A stretch of 61,328 bases of DNA. Source: Rickettsiales bacterium (GTDB lineage Bacteria; Pseudomonadota; Alphaproteobacteria; Rickettsiales; UBA1997). Positions within the stretch are counted from its first letter, which is position 1. The number at the start of each line of letters is the position of its first letter. Below, in pieces: positions 43,288 through 53,087 of this stretch. The notes below the pieces were generated by a model. It saw only the letters and a list, made by a program, of their open reading frames with translations, did no database searches and had not been told where the DNA came from. A program made the translations under genes and the position numbers. Where the stretch lies: the NCBI GenBank assembly GCA_020054695.1, contig JAHXBT010000014.1, forward strand, positions 1-61,328, read 5' to 3'.

Positions 43288-43455
43288 ATGATGACTAAAA
43301 TTTTTTCATTTTTATTATTATTTTTTATAACTTCTTGTTTCGGTAAGAATTATGTTGATATAAAAAGTCCATGCGTTGCTAGTAAGGATGGTCCATGTGG
43401 TCATAAAATACCAGTTAATGATTGGTGGCTTAAAAACTATAATATTGAATCTTAA
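43288..43455 (+). CDS. Small lipoprotein (55 aa), absent from the ORF track
   Basis: MMTKIFSFLLLFFITSC has a signal peptide and a lipobox (ITS|C). The mature 39-aa peptide has 3 Cys and a PVNDWW segment. It ends 12 nt before the next gene. Confidence 0.55.
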   Translation: MMTKIFSFLLLFFITSCFGKNYVDIKSPCVASKDGPCGHKIPVNDWWLKNYNIES

Positions 43456-43467
43456 ATAAATTAAATT

Positions 43468-43869
43468 ATGAGTGAATCAGAAGATAGCAGTTTTGCTGGT
43501 AGGTTTAAATCTCAAAATTCTGCAGCAGATATTGCTAAAAAGGGTTCTGCTGGCGGGTTTACTGACAGGCATAAGGGGGGTAATACAACTGCTGATCGTG
43601 TAGCTGACAATGCTAGCCCTGAGACTCAAGCAAAAAGAGCGGATGCTAATCTATTATTTTTAGTTAAGGGTATTGATGACAATCGCCCTGCTTGGTATTA
43701 TGTTTTAGTAGAAAGGCTAAAGTTACCTATGTTTAAAAGAGCTTTAAATGATAATGTTATTCATTTAGAAGAATACGGTAAAATATTATATTCTGCTTAT
43801 GGCGAAGATCCTCCTGCTGAAATTAAAAAGAAAATAAGAGAAGAGTTTGGTATTCCTGAGGATAATTAG
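43468..43869 (+). CDS. Hypothetical protein (low-complexity N-terminal half, compact C-terminal half)
   Basis: 133-aa ORF. Noticeably more G+C-rich than nearby hypothetical ORFs. No family recognised. Confidence 0.55.
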   Translation: MSESEDSSFAGRFKSQNSAADIAKKGSAGGFTDRHKGGNTTADRVADNASPETQAKRADANLLFLVKGIDDNRPAWYYVLVERLKLPMFKRALNDNVIHLEEYGKILYSAYGEDPPAEIKKKIREEFGIPEDN

Positions 43870-43973
43870 TTGATTGCTGCAGTCTAATTATGATTAATTT
43901 AGATGTTTAAGGTTATACTTGTAACTCCTCCTTATCTTTCGATGTTCTTAGTTAGTAAAGTAAAATTTTTTTT

Positions 43974-45488
43974 ATGCAATCTTATCAAAAAATTAAATTA
44001 TTCTTAATGAGAAATATATCTAAGATAGTCATTATATCAATCATATTATCAATCATTGTATTTAAGTCTGCAACTTCTGAATCAGACAATGAAATTATAG
44101 AACAAATCGTTAAAAAATATTTTACTGCTAAAGTAGATGAAAAATCTGATTTGGTTGGTGAAAAAAAGCAAAAATTATCTCAAGATATAGCTAAGAAGGA
44201 TGAAGATGACTATTTTAATTAAGAAAGCTTACTTAATAGTGTAATAACTAATGTTGAAAAAAAATATGTTCACGATAAGAGTCGTAAAGAAATATTGGAA
44301 GCGGCAGCGCAAGGTATTCTTTCATCCCTTGACCCTCACTCAACTTATTTAAAAAAAGATGTTTTTAGTGAGGTAAAAGTTCAGCTTGATGGAGAGTTTG
44401 GTGGATTGGGCATTAGAATTACTTCTGACAGTAAACTAATAAAGGTTATAACACCGATAGATGACACTCCAGCCGATAGGGCTGGTATTAAAGCTGGGGA
44501 TTATATTTCTGAGGTGAATGGTAAATCTATTTATGGTAAATCTGTAATGGAAGTAGTCAAAATTCTTCGAGGTAAGCCAAAAACAGATGTAGAAATTACT
44601 ATTTTAAGAGAAGAAGAAAAAGAGCCGCTAAAATTTACTTTAACCAGAGATATTATTAATATTAATCCCGTTAAATCTGATATATATGATAATGTATCTT
44701 ACATAAGGCTTAGTACTTTTTCAAAATGTATTAGTTTTGATGTTGCTAAAAAAATTGAGGAAGATATAAAAAAAATTGGAAAAGATAAGATAGAAGGCAT
44801 AATTATTGATGTTAGAAATAATCCTGGTGGTGCATTAGATGCTTCAGTAAATATTAGTAGTTTATTTTTGAATAGCGGCAAGGAAATTGTTTCAATAAAG
44901 GGCAAAGAGGGTGATCCTATTTCCTACAAATCTACAGATTACATTAAATGTAATAATGGTAAATTATTTGGTAAAAAATATAATTTTAAAGATAAATCCA
45001 ATCAAAAACTACTAAAGTCATTACCAATTATTGTATTAGTTAACCTTGGTTCAGCTTCTGCTTCTGAAATTGTAGCAGGCGCCATTCAAGATCATAAAAG
45101 AGGATTGGTGGTTGGAACAAAAACATTTGGTAAAGGTTCTGTACAATCATTAATTCCTCTTAATAAGGGCCATTCTGCTATGAAATTAACTATTGCTCTT
45201 TATTACACTCCTTCTGGTAGGTCAATTCAGGCTAATGGAATTAAGCCAGATATAATTATTAAAGAAGCCAAGATAGAGGCTGTAAATAATAATTTAAAAT
45301 CAGAATCTGATCTTGAGGGTCACTTATTGGGTCAAATTGAAGAGTTAGCAAAGCAAAATGATGACCAAGATACCAAGAAAAAGAAATCTGATATTTTGTA
45401 TAACAATGATTATCAATTAACAAGAGCGGTTGGTTTAATAAAGGGTATTAATTTATATAAAACTCTTGAATTATCACAAAAAAAATAA
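43974..45488 (+). pseudogene. ctpA: Carboxy-terminal processing protease (S41) interrupted by one in-frame TAA
   Basis: Track ORFs 43974..44222 (TM/signal part) and 44295..45488 (PDZ plus S41 core) are in the same frame. The 24 codons between them are open and Ctp-like (SLLNSVITNVEKKYV), so the only break is the TAA at 44220-44222. Confidence 0.75.
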
Positions 45489-45501
45489 AGATATTAAATT
45501 T

Positions 45502-46581
45502 ATGTCTCTAGCCATTAATTTGGCCAGAAATAATATAGGTTTAACCGGCTCAAATCCTTCTGTTGGCGCTGTTATTGTTAAAAATAATATTATTTTATCA
45601 ACTGGAATTACTGGATTATCTGGTCGTCCTCATGCTGAGGAGTTGGCTATTTCCAAAATTTCTCTTCAAGATTTACAAGATTCAACAATTTATATTTCAT
45701 TAGAGCCTTGTTGTCATGGTGGTAGGGGAAAATTATCCTGTACCGATCTTATCGTAAAATCAGGAATTAAAGAAGTTGTTTTTTCAGTTAAAGATCCAGA
45801 CCAAAGAACTAACGGTAAATCAATTTCTAGATTACAAAAGTCAGGAATTAAAGTTGTATATGGTTTGATGGAAGAGGAGGCGAAGCAAATAAATAGAGGT
45901 TTTTTTCAAGCAAAAACAATAAATAGACCATTTATTACTGCTAAAATTGCTACTACAATTGATGGAAAAATTGCTACAAAATATTTTGATAGCAAATGGA
46001 TTAGTAATAAAAACTCTAGGAAATATACAAACTTTCTACGCTCTAAAAATGATGCAATTTTAATTGGCGCTAACAGTTTTAAAAAAGACTCTCCGACTTT
46101 GAATTGTCGTATTAATGGCTTAGAGGACAGATCCCCAAAAAGAATAATTTTAAATAAAGATTTTGACCTCAATTTAAGTAAAAATTTTTTAGATTCTTGT
46201 CAAAAAATCCAAACATTTTTTGTAATTAAAGATGATTTAGAAATTAAATCAAAATATCAAAATATTAATTATATTAAATCTTCATTAAATGACGAAAATA
46301 ACATAAATTTAAATGACTTAATGCCAAAACTAACTAATATGGGTGTAAATAATTTGTTAGTTGAAGGTGGGGGTCAAATATTTGCCAGTTTTTTTAAAGA
46401 AAATTTAATTGATGAGTTGATTTTGGTTAAAGGTAATTTTATCTTAGGCTCTGATGGCATTAGCTGCACTGCCAATTTGGGAATTAATTTTATATCAGAT
46501 ATTGAGAATAAATTTACTATTGATAAAATAAGAAAAATCGATGATGATCTAATCGTTAAATATGTAAAAATTAAATTATGA
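45502..46581 (+). CDS. ribD: Bifunctional riboflavin biosynthesis deaminase/reductase
   Basis: HAEE and LEPCCH deaminase zinc motifs plus a C-terminal reductase domain. The start is set at Met13 of the track ORF, after the ctpA stop. Confidence 0.9.
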   Translation: MSLAINLARNNIGLTGSNPSVGAVIVKNNIILSTGITGLSGRPHAEELAISKISLQDLQDSTIYISLEPCCHGGRGKLSCTDLIVKSGIKEVVFSVKDPDQRTNGKSISRLQKSGIKVVYGLMEEEAKQINRGFFQAKTINRPFITAKIATTIDGKIATKYFDSKWISNKNSRKYTNFLRSKNDAILIGANSFKKDSPTLNCRINGLEDRSPKRIILNKDFDLNLSKNFLDSCQKIQTFFVIKDDLEIKSKYQNINYIKSSLNDENNINLNDLMPKLTNMGVNNLLVEGGGQIFASFFKENLIDELILVKGNFILGSDGISCTANLGINFISDIENKFTIDKIRKIDDDLIVKYVKIKL

Positions 46582-47984
46582 AATATATCAGTACAAGAGG
46601 AAGGGCACCCAAATTGAGTTTTGAAGATGTTGTTTTGCAAGGTTTAGCAACAGATGGGGGTCTTTATATTCCAGAAAATCTTCCAAAATTTTCAGAGGAA
46701 GAAATTTCTCAAATGAAAAAGTTGAATTACCAAGACCTAACTTTAAAAATTGTTCAACCCTTTGTAGGAGGAGAGATTTCTGATGATGATTTAAAAAAAA
46801 TTATTGAAAAATCCTACTCAAAGTTTTCCAACAAAGCTATTGCCCCAATTAAACAACTTTCTAGTAACCAATTTTTACTTGAGTTATTTCACGGACCAAC
46901 ATTAGCTTTTAAAGACTTTGCTTTACAATTTTTGGGTAATATTTTTGATTTTATATTAGAAAGAAGAAAAGAAAAAGTAGCGATTATTGGCGCAACTTCT
47001 GGTGATACTGGTTCTGCTGCTATTCTGGGTTGTCGTGATTGTGACAATGTTGATATTTTTATCTTACACCCTTATCAAAGAGTGTCGGATGTACAAAGAA
47101 AGCAAATGACAACGGTTATTTGTGACAATGTTCATAATATTTCTTTAAAAGGCAACTTTGATGATTGCCAAGAATATGTTAAAGAAATGTTTGCCGACCA
47201 ATCATTTTTAAATGGTCGCAGAATGGCAGCGGTAAACTCTATCAATTGGGTTAGAATTATGGCGCAAATTGTTTATTATTTCTACAGTGCTTTAAGAGTT
47301 GATGTTTCTAAAAAAAATCCAATTTCATTTTGTGTTCCAACTGGTAATTTTGGTGATATTTATGCTGGATACTTGGCTAAAAGAATGGGTGTACCAATAA
47401 ATAAATTAATTGTTGCAACCAACCAAAATGATATTTTAACCAGATTTTTCCAAGATAATGATTATTCTCGACAAGATTTAATTGAAACATTATCCCCAAG
47501 CATGAATATTCAAGTTTCTAGTAATTTTGAAAGAGTGTTATTTGATTATTATAAAAAGTTTGGCAGGGATAATGAAATATTTGATAAAATGGCAGATTTC
47601 AAAAAAAATGGTGAATTACAAGTCTCTGCAGAAATTTTGGAAGATATTAGAAAAGATTTTGATTCCTACTCAATTAGTGACAAAGAAACTTGTGAAGTTA
47701 CCAATAAAGCCTATCAAGAAAATCAAGAAATTCTTGATCCTCATACGGCAACTGGTATTGGTGCCGCAAATTTATATCAAAAATCAAAAAATTATAAGGG
47801 AGAGTATGTAGTTGTTTTAGCAACTGCTCATCCGGCAAAATTCCCTGATGCGGTGCAAAAATCAGGTGTTCCTGAGGCAAAATTGCCACTGTTTTTGTCA
47901 GACTTAATGAAAAAAAAAGAAGAAATGACTATCTTGGTTAAGGATATAAACAAGGTCAAGGACTTTATTTCTAATAAGATATAA
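46578..47984 (+). CDS. thrC: Threonine synthase
   Basis: 468 aa. The PLP-lysine context FHGPTLAFKDFALQ and the long-form ThrC architecture. ATGA overlap with ribD. Confidence 0.9.
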   Translation: MKYISTRGRAPKLSFEDVVLQGLATDGGLYIPENLPKFSEEEISQMKKLNYQDLTLKIVQPFVGGEISDDDLKKIIEKSYSKFSNKAIAPIKQLSSNQFLLELFHGPTLAFKDFALQFLGNIFDFILERRKEKVAIIGATSGDTGSAAILGCRDCDNVDIFILHPYQRVSDVQRKQMTTVICDNVHNISLKGNFDDCQEYVKEMFADQSFLNGRRMAAVNSINWVRIMAQIVYYFYSALRVDVSKKNPISFCVPTGNFGDIYAGYLAKRMGVPINKLIVATNQNDILTRFFQDNDYSRQDLIETLSPSMNIQVSSNFERVLFDYYKKFGRDNEIFDKMADFKKNGELQVSAEILEDIRKDFDSYSISDKETCEVTNKAYQENQEILDPHTATGIGAANLYQKSKNYKGEYVVVLATAHPAKFPDAVQKSGVPEAKLPLFLSDLMKKKEEMTILVKDINKVKDFISNKI

Positions 47985-49699
47985 TGTCCTTTGATATAAA
48001 AAAACATAAAAATAATCTGCTTTTTATCCCACTAGGTGGTTCTGGCGAGATTGGTATGAATGTGAATCTTTATCATCTTAATGGTAAATTTATCATGATT
48101 GATTTGGGTCTTGGTTTTGCCAATAATATTCCAGGTGTAAATATGATTGCACCTGATCTTAGTTTTATCAAAAAGCATAAAAAAGACCTTTTAGGGATTG
48201 TAATTACTCATATTCATGAGGATCATATAGGTTCAGTGCAACATCTGTGGCAAGAATTAAAAGTTCCAATTTACGCAACTAACCTAGCTAAAAACTTCCT
48301 GCAAGCTAAATTAGAGGAATATTCATTTAAGAAAGAAGTTAAAATTAATGTGATTGAGCCAGAAAAAACTCTAAAATTAGGTTCTTTTGAGCTTGATTTT
48401 ATTGGCCTGACCCATTGTGTGCCAGAGATGAATGCTATCAATATTAAAACTCATTTTGGTAATATTTTACATACTGGAGATTGGAAATTTGATCCTGATC
48501 CAGTGGTTGGTAATGTCTCTGAGAAGGAGAAAATTATTAAAATTGCTCAAGAGGAAGGTGTTTTGGCCTTAGTTTCGGATTCTACTAATATTTTAAGTGC
48601 TGGTAGATCTGGTTCGGAAGGTGAGTTACTAGAAAATCTTGAAAAATCCATTAAGGGATCACAAGGTATGGTGGGCGTAACAACTTTTGCCTCTAATATT
48701 GCCAGAATATCAACCATTTCTAAAGCTGCAATCAATGCTGGTCGTAAAGTGGTTTTAGCTGGTTTTTCAATTAGGAGGTTGGCTGAAGTTGGTAAAAAAT
48801 CTGGCTATTTGAAAGATTTACATCAATGTTTAATCTCGGAAAATGAGATTAAAAATTATGCTAGAAATGAAATTTTAGTTTTATGTACTGGTTGTCAGGG
48901 TGAAATTAATGCTTCAACAATGAAAATTGCTAAAGACGATCATCGTGTCATTAAGTTTAAATCTGGCGATCGTATGATTTTTTCTTCTAAAATTATTCCC
49001 GGTAATGAAAAGCAGATTTTTGATATTTTTAATCTTTTTGCTAAGAGAAAAATCGAAGTGATTACTGAAAAAAATGCTAAAATTCATGTTTCTGGTCACC
49101 CAAATCGTGATGAGGTGGAGGAGATGTATAAAATTGCTAAACCAAAATTTTCAATTCCTGTTCATGGTGAATATTACCATATTTTAGAACATAGAAGATT
49201 AGCCAAAGAAAAATGGGGTTGTAAAAAGGCCATTTTAACTGAAAACGGTTGCGTTATTGATATTAATGAAGATTCTTGCCATAAAATTGGTAATGTTGAA
49301 ACTGGCTATTTGGCTGTTGATGGTAAAAATCTTGTGCCTTGTGATGGTAAAATAATTTCTCAAAGAAAAATTTTACAAGAGGCCGGAGCAGTTTTTGTAG
49401 CTATTTTACTTTCCACTAAAGGAGATATTTTAGATATTGACCTCAAAGCTGTTGGTTCATATAATTTTCACGATGATCCTTATTGTTTGAATGATATTGA
49501 GGATAATATTGAACAAGCAGTAAGAAATTCCAGTACAGAAATTAGAAAAGTTAAAAAATCACTTTTTAAAAAGAGTGATTCCATAGATAAAATCTCTAAA
49601 TCAATTGCCAAGTCTATAAAATCAAAATTACTAAAAAATATGATAGATTTAATGGGTAAAAAACCTGTGGTAGAGGTTTCTATTTTATTTTCTAAGTAA
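47984..49699 (+). CDS. rnj: Ribonuclease J (metallo-beta-lactamase / beta-CASP)
   Basis: 571 aa. ITHIHEDHIG motif and beta-CASP-like middle region. Confidence 0.8.
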   Translation: MSFDIKKHKNNLLFIPLGGSGEIGMNVNLYHLNGKFIMIDLGLGFANNIPGVNMIAPDLSFIKKHKKDLLGIVITHIHEDHIGSVQHLWQELKVPIYATNLAKNFLQAKLEEYSFKKEVKINVIEPEKTLKLGSFELDFIGLTHCVPEMNAINIKTHFGNILHTGDWKFDPDPVVGNVSEKEKIIKIAQEEGVLALVSDSTNILSAGRSGSEGELLENLEKSIKGSQGMVGVTTFASNIARISTISKAAINAGRKVVLAGFSIRRLAEVGKKSGYLKDLHQCLISENEIKNYARNEILVLCTGCQGEINASTMKIAKDDHRVIKFKSGDRMIFSSKIIPGNEKQIFDIFNLFAKRKIEVITEKNAKIHVSGHPNRDEVEEMYKIAKPKFSIPVHGEYYHILEHRRLAKEKWGCKKAILTENGCVIDINEDSCHKIGNVETGYLAVDGKNLVPCDGKIISQRKILQEAGAVFVAILLSTKGDILDIDLKAVGSYNFHDDPYCLNDIEDNIEQAVRNSSTEIRKVKKSLFKKSDSIDKISKSIAKSIKSKLLKNMIDLMGKKPVVEVSILFSK

Positions 49700-50025
49700 A
49701 AATTTATAAATTCATTAATTTTATAGAAAATAAAGATAGGTTATTTTAAAAACTTATTTTAGGTTGAAATATATATCTTAAAGTGAGGTGATCTATATAA
49801 AACAACCTTATGTTTAAGTATACAGGATAAGAATTTCTTATAATATTTTATAAGCTAAATACAGCAATCCTTATAGTCAAATAAAGATTATAACCAATTA
49901 TTAATGATAGTTAAATCTAATTTTACGCTAATATTAAAATTTTAAAAATAAATTTAAAATAAAATAACATAGATTTTTAGCAATAAGAATCCTATCATTT
50001 TAAAAAAACAAATAAAAATATATCT

Positions 50026-50970
50026 ATGGCAAATTACAAAACAAAAGTTTTAATTTTAGGTTCTGGTTCCGCGGGTTTAACAGCTGCAATATATGCTGCA
50101 AGAGCAAATCTTGAACCAATTTTGGTTAGTGGTATTCAACCAGGAGGGCAATTAACAATTACTACTGATGTTGAAAATTACCCAGGTTTTGCTGATGTAA
50201 TACAAGGTCCATGGCTAATGGAGCAAATGGAAGAGCAGGCTAAAAAAGTTGGTACCGAGATTATTTCTGACCATATTAAGGAAGTTAATTTTGATCAAAG
50301 ACCATTTATTTTAACTGGCGAATCCGGTGATCAATATCAGGCGGAAACCTTAATTATTTCAACCGGTGCTGCTGCTAAATGGCTTGGTTTAGAAACGGAA
50401 CAAAAATTCCAGGGTTTTGGTGTTTCTGGCTGCGCTACTTGTGATGGTTTTTTCTTTAAAGATAAGGAGGTTATTGTTGTTGGTGGTGGTAATGTTGCTG
50501 TTGAAGAAGCAATTTATTTGACTAATCATTGTAAAAAAGTTTATTTGGTTCATCGTCGTGATTCTCTTCGTGCTGAAAAAATATTACAAGATCGTTTATT
50601 TTCCAATGATAGAATCGAAGTTCTATGGAATAAGAAATTAGTTGAAATTAAAGGTGAGAAAAACCCTAAAAATGTAAATGGTGCAATTTTAGAAGACACT
50701 AAAGATGGATCAAAGAAAGAAATGCCAATTAATGGTATTTTTATTGCTATTGGCCACAAGCCTGCAACTTCCATCTTTGAAAATAGTGGTCTTAAATTAG
50801 ACAATGAAGGTTATATTATAACTCAGGCCGGCACAAGTATAACTAATATTGATGGTATTTACGCCTCTGGTGATGTACAAGATAAAATCTATCGCCAGGC
50901 AGTAACAGCTGCTGGTTCTGGATGTATGGCGGCACTTGACGCGGAAAGATTTTTGAGTAACAATACTTAA
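50026..50970 (+). CDS. trxB: Thioredoxin reductase
   Basis: 314 aa. GSGSAG FAD motif and the redox-active CATCDG. Confidence 0.95.
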   Translation: MANYKTKVLILGSGSAGLTAAIYAARANLEPILVSGIQPGGQLTITTDVENYPGFADVIQGPWLMEQMEEQAKKVGTEIISDHIKEVNFDQRPFILTGESGDQYQAETLIISTGAAAKWLGLETEQKFQGFGVSGCATCDGFFFKDKEVIVVGGGNVAVEEAIYLTNHCKKVYLVHRRDSLRAEKILQDRLFSNDRIEVLWNKKLVEIKGEKNPKNVNGAILEDTKDGSKKEMPINGIFIAIGHKPATSIFENSGLKLDNEGYIITQAGTSITNIDGIYASGDVQDKIYRQAVTAAGSGCMAALDAERFLSNNT

Positions 50971-51057
50971 ATTTTTTAACTTATGTTAAAAATTAGTAAT
51001 TCAAGATCATCATAAGTGCCAAAATCTTCATCAGTTATATCATTTTAATATCACATT

Positions 51058-52068
51058 ATGAGCGTAAAATATACTTATGCAGCAAATTTTAGTAGAAACC
51101 TATTAATATTATTATTTTTGTCGTCTTGTTTAGGACTTAATATTAATAAAACAGAGAAGTTAAAATATTTGCCAAAATTTTATATTTCACCTAAACAAAA
51201 TAATCAATCAATGCTTTATGGTGTAGGGGAGGGTTATAATTTACATTCTGCTACCAAATCAGCTTTATCAAACGCTTCTTCTAAATTAATGACTAACATT
51301 TCTGCCAATTCAGAAATGTTAATACAGTCATCAAATGATAATTTTACTGACCAATATCGTGAAAGAATTAATGAAAAATTAGAAAAAATTACTTTTAATA
51401 ATTATCAAATTTCTGATTCTGCTAATTTCAAGGATAAAATCTATGTTGAAATAGCAATCGATAGGAATAGTTTTGTCAAACAAAATGCTATAAAATTAAA
51501 CAATCTTAATAAAAGATTTAATAATTTATTTAATAATTTAGAACAAAAAAATATTATTGATCAGTATCGTAATTTAAACAAAATACAAAATAAATTATAC
51601 GAAGCAAAAATTCTTAATGTCATTTTGGATTCTATAAAACATAAGACTATAGATTACCAACAAAATTACCAAAATTATAATAATTACCAAAATTACTATG
51701 ATAATGTGATAGAAAAAATGTTGTTTAAAATTGATCCAAAATCAGATAAATCTATTGCCAGAATTATCAAAAAAGGTCTTTCGGATCAAAAAATTAAAAT
51801 TACAAATAAAGATTCTAAATCAAATAATTTAATCCTACTTAAAATAGAAAAAGAAGAATTTTCTGATAAAATTTATGGTAGTTTTATTGTCAAATTAAGA
51901 GTAAATTTTTCTTTGGTTAGTCAAAATAAAACTCTTGCTAGTAATTTTATTGAGGCAAGTGGTTCTTCGGTAATTTCTACAAAGGAAGCTAAAAATTCTG
52001 CCATTTTAGCAATTCATCAGAAAATTGCAGATGAGTCTATCGAGTATATCTTAGGATTAAAAATCTAA
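51058..52068 (+). CDS. LPP20-like lipoprotein
   Basis: 336 aa. Lipobox LSSC and an LPP20-like N-terminal segment (LYGVGEGYNLHSATKSALSNASSKL). Contains an N/Y/Q low-complexity tract. Confidence 0.5.
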   Translation: MSVKYTYAANFSRNLLILLFLSSCLGLNINKTEKLKYLPKFYISPKQNNQSMLYGVGEGYNLHSATKSALSNASSKLMTNISANSEMLIQSSNDNFTDQYRERINEKLEKITFNNYQISDSANFKDKIYVEIAIDRNSFVKQNAIKLNNLNKRFNNLFNNLEQKNIIDQYRNLNKIQNKLYEAKILNVILDSIKHKTIDYQQNYQNYNNYQNYYDNVIEKMLFKIDPKSDKSIARIIKKGLSDQKIKITNKDSKSNNLILLKIEKEEFSDKIYGSFIVKLRVNFSLVSQNKTLASNFIEASGSSVISTKEAKNSAILAIHQKIADESIEYILGLKI

Positions 52069-52746
52069 TTTGTTATAATATTCTGGTGGAGTAATATTGG
52101 CAATTTTATCTCTTAAGATGCCAGAAAAAGATTGGTGTGATTTTACAAGTGAATACCAAGATTTTACTATTGGATAGTTTCGCCAATTAATATAGCCAAA
52201 ATAATCCAGAACAGAAATATGGGAAGCAGCTGCAAAATCAGCAATGGTAATTTTATCTGATGCTAAATATTGTCTATTTTCAGTTAAAAACTCAATGTAA
52301 TTAAGGTGTGTAACTAGATTTTCAGATGCAGTTTTTAGAATATATGGTTCTGGTGAAGCATTTCCTTTATTTAGGAATTTTTTAAAATATTTTTCATAAA
52401 TTAAATATTTACTGACATCATTGAAGAATTTTTCATCAAACCAAAATTGAATACGACGAGCTTCATTCTTCTCATTGATATCCCTGCCGATTAATGAATT
52501 TGGTTTACCATATTTTTCTTCTAAATACTCTGTTATAGCATAGCTGGTAGAAATTGCTTGATGATTAGGTCTAAGTAAAACTGGAACTGTGAGAGAGGGA
52601 TTTAAAGCAATAAATTCTCTCCTTCTCTCCCAAAAATTTTCAGTAATTAGCTCAAATCTTATATTTCTATCTGCTAGACATATCCTAACTTTTCTTGAAA
52701 AGGGACATAATTTTTGATGATACAGTCTATACATATTTAATTCCAA
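52057..52746 (-). CDS. Glutathione S-transferase family protein
   Basis: 229 aa. Thioredoxin-like N-terminal domain with CPFS, plus a GST C-terminal domain. Confidence 0.7.
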   Translation of the reverse strand: MELNMYRLYHQKLCPFSRKVRICLADRNIRFELITENFWERRREFIALNPSLTVPVLLRPNHQAISTSYAITEYLEEKYGKPNSLIGRDINEKNEARRIQFWFDEKFFNDVSKYLIYEKYFKKFLNKGNASPEPYILKTASENLVTHLNYIEFLTENRQYLASDKITIADFAAASHISVLDYFGYINWRNYPIVKSWYSLVKSHQSFSGILRDKIANITPPEYYNKLDF

Positions 52747-53087
52747 AAATTCTTTAAATGTAATGGTAATTTATAAGGTTTTATTATTATAAGATCAAAT
52801 CTTATGTTGTATTTATTAAAGTATTTTCTTTGACTATAAAAAATATCTATTGAATTTCTAATTCTGCTCATTTGCCTGTCTGTTAAAACTTCTTCAAATG
52901 AGTTAATATTTCTTCTAGCTTTTACTTCAATGGCAATTAAAGTTTTATTCTTAAAAGCAATTATGTCAATTTCTCCTAATTTATTACGATAATTTCTGTG
53001 CAGAATCTTATAAAATTTTAATTTTAAAAAGATAACAGCAATAAATTCAGCAAATATTCCGAATCTTCTATTTTTAATTTTCGACAC
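52737..53087 (-). CDS. yraN: UPF0102 / YraN endonuclease-like protein
   Basis: 116 aa. GEIDIIA...IAIEVKAR pattern. Confidence 0.75.
   Translation of the reverse strand: MSKIKNRRFGIFAEFIAVIFLKLKFYKILHRNYRNKLGEIDIIAFKNKTLIAIEVKARRNINSFEEVLTDRQMSRIRNSIDIFYSQRKYFNKYNIRFDLIIIKPYKLPLHLKNFWN

Noticed and set aside
44220-44222. The idea that in-frame TAA codons (ctpA, and the hypothetical at 38446) reflect stop-codon reassignment.
   Set aside because: TAA, TAG and TGA each terminate many full-length, well-conserved genes in this window at the expected positions, so the standard code 11 fits. The internal stops are better explained as lesions.
51655-51705. Imperfect repeats of AATTACCAAAATTA in the LPP20-like gene, encoding NYQNY low complexity.
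   Set aside because: This is short, imperfect, AT-rich coding low complexity. It is not a CRISPR array or a structured repeat, and no spacer-repeat architecture exists anywhere in the window.
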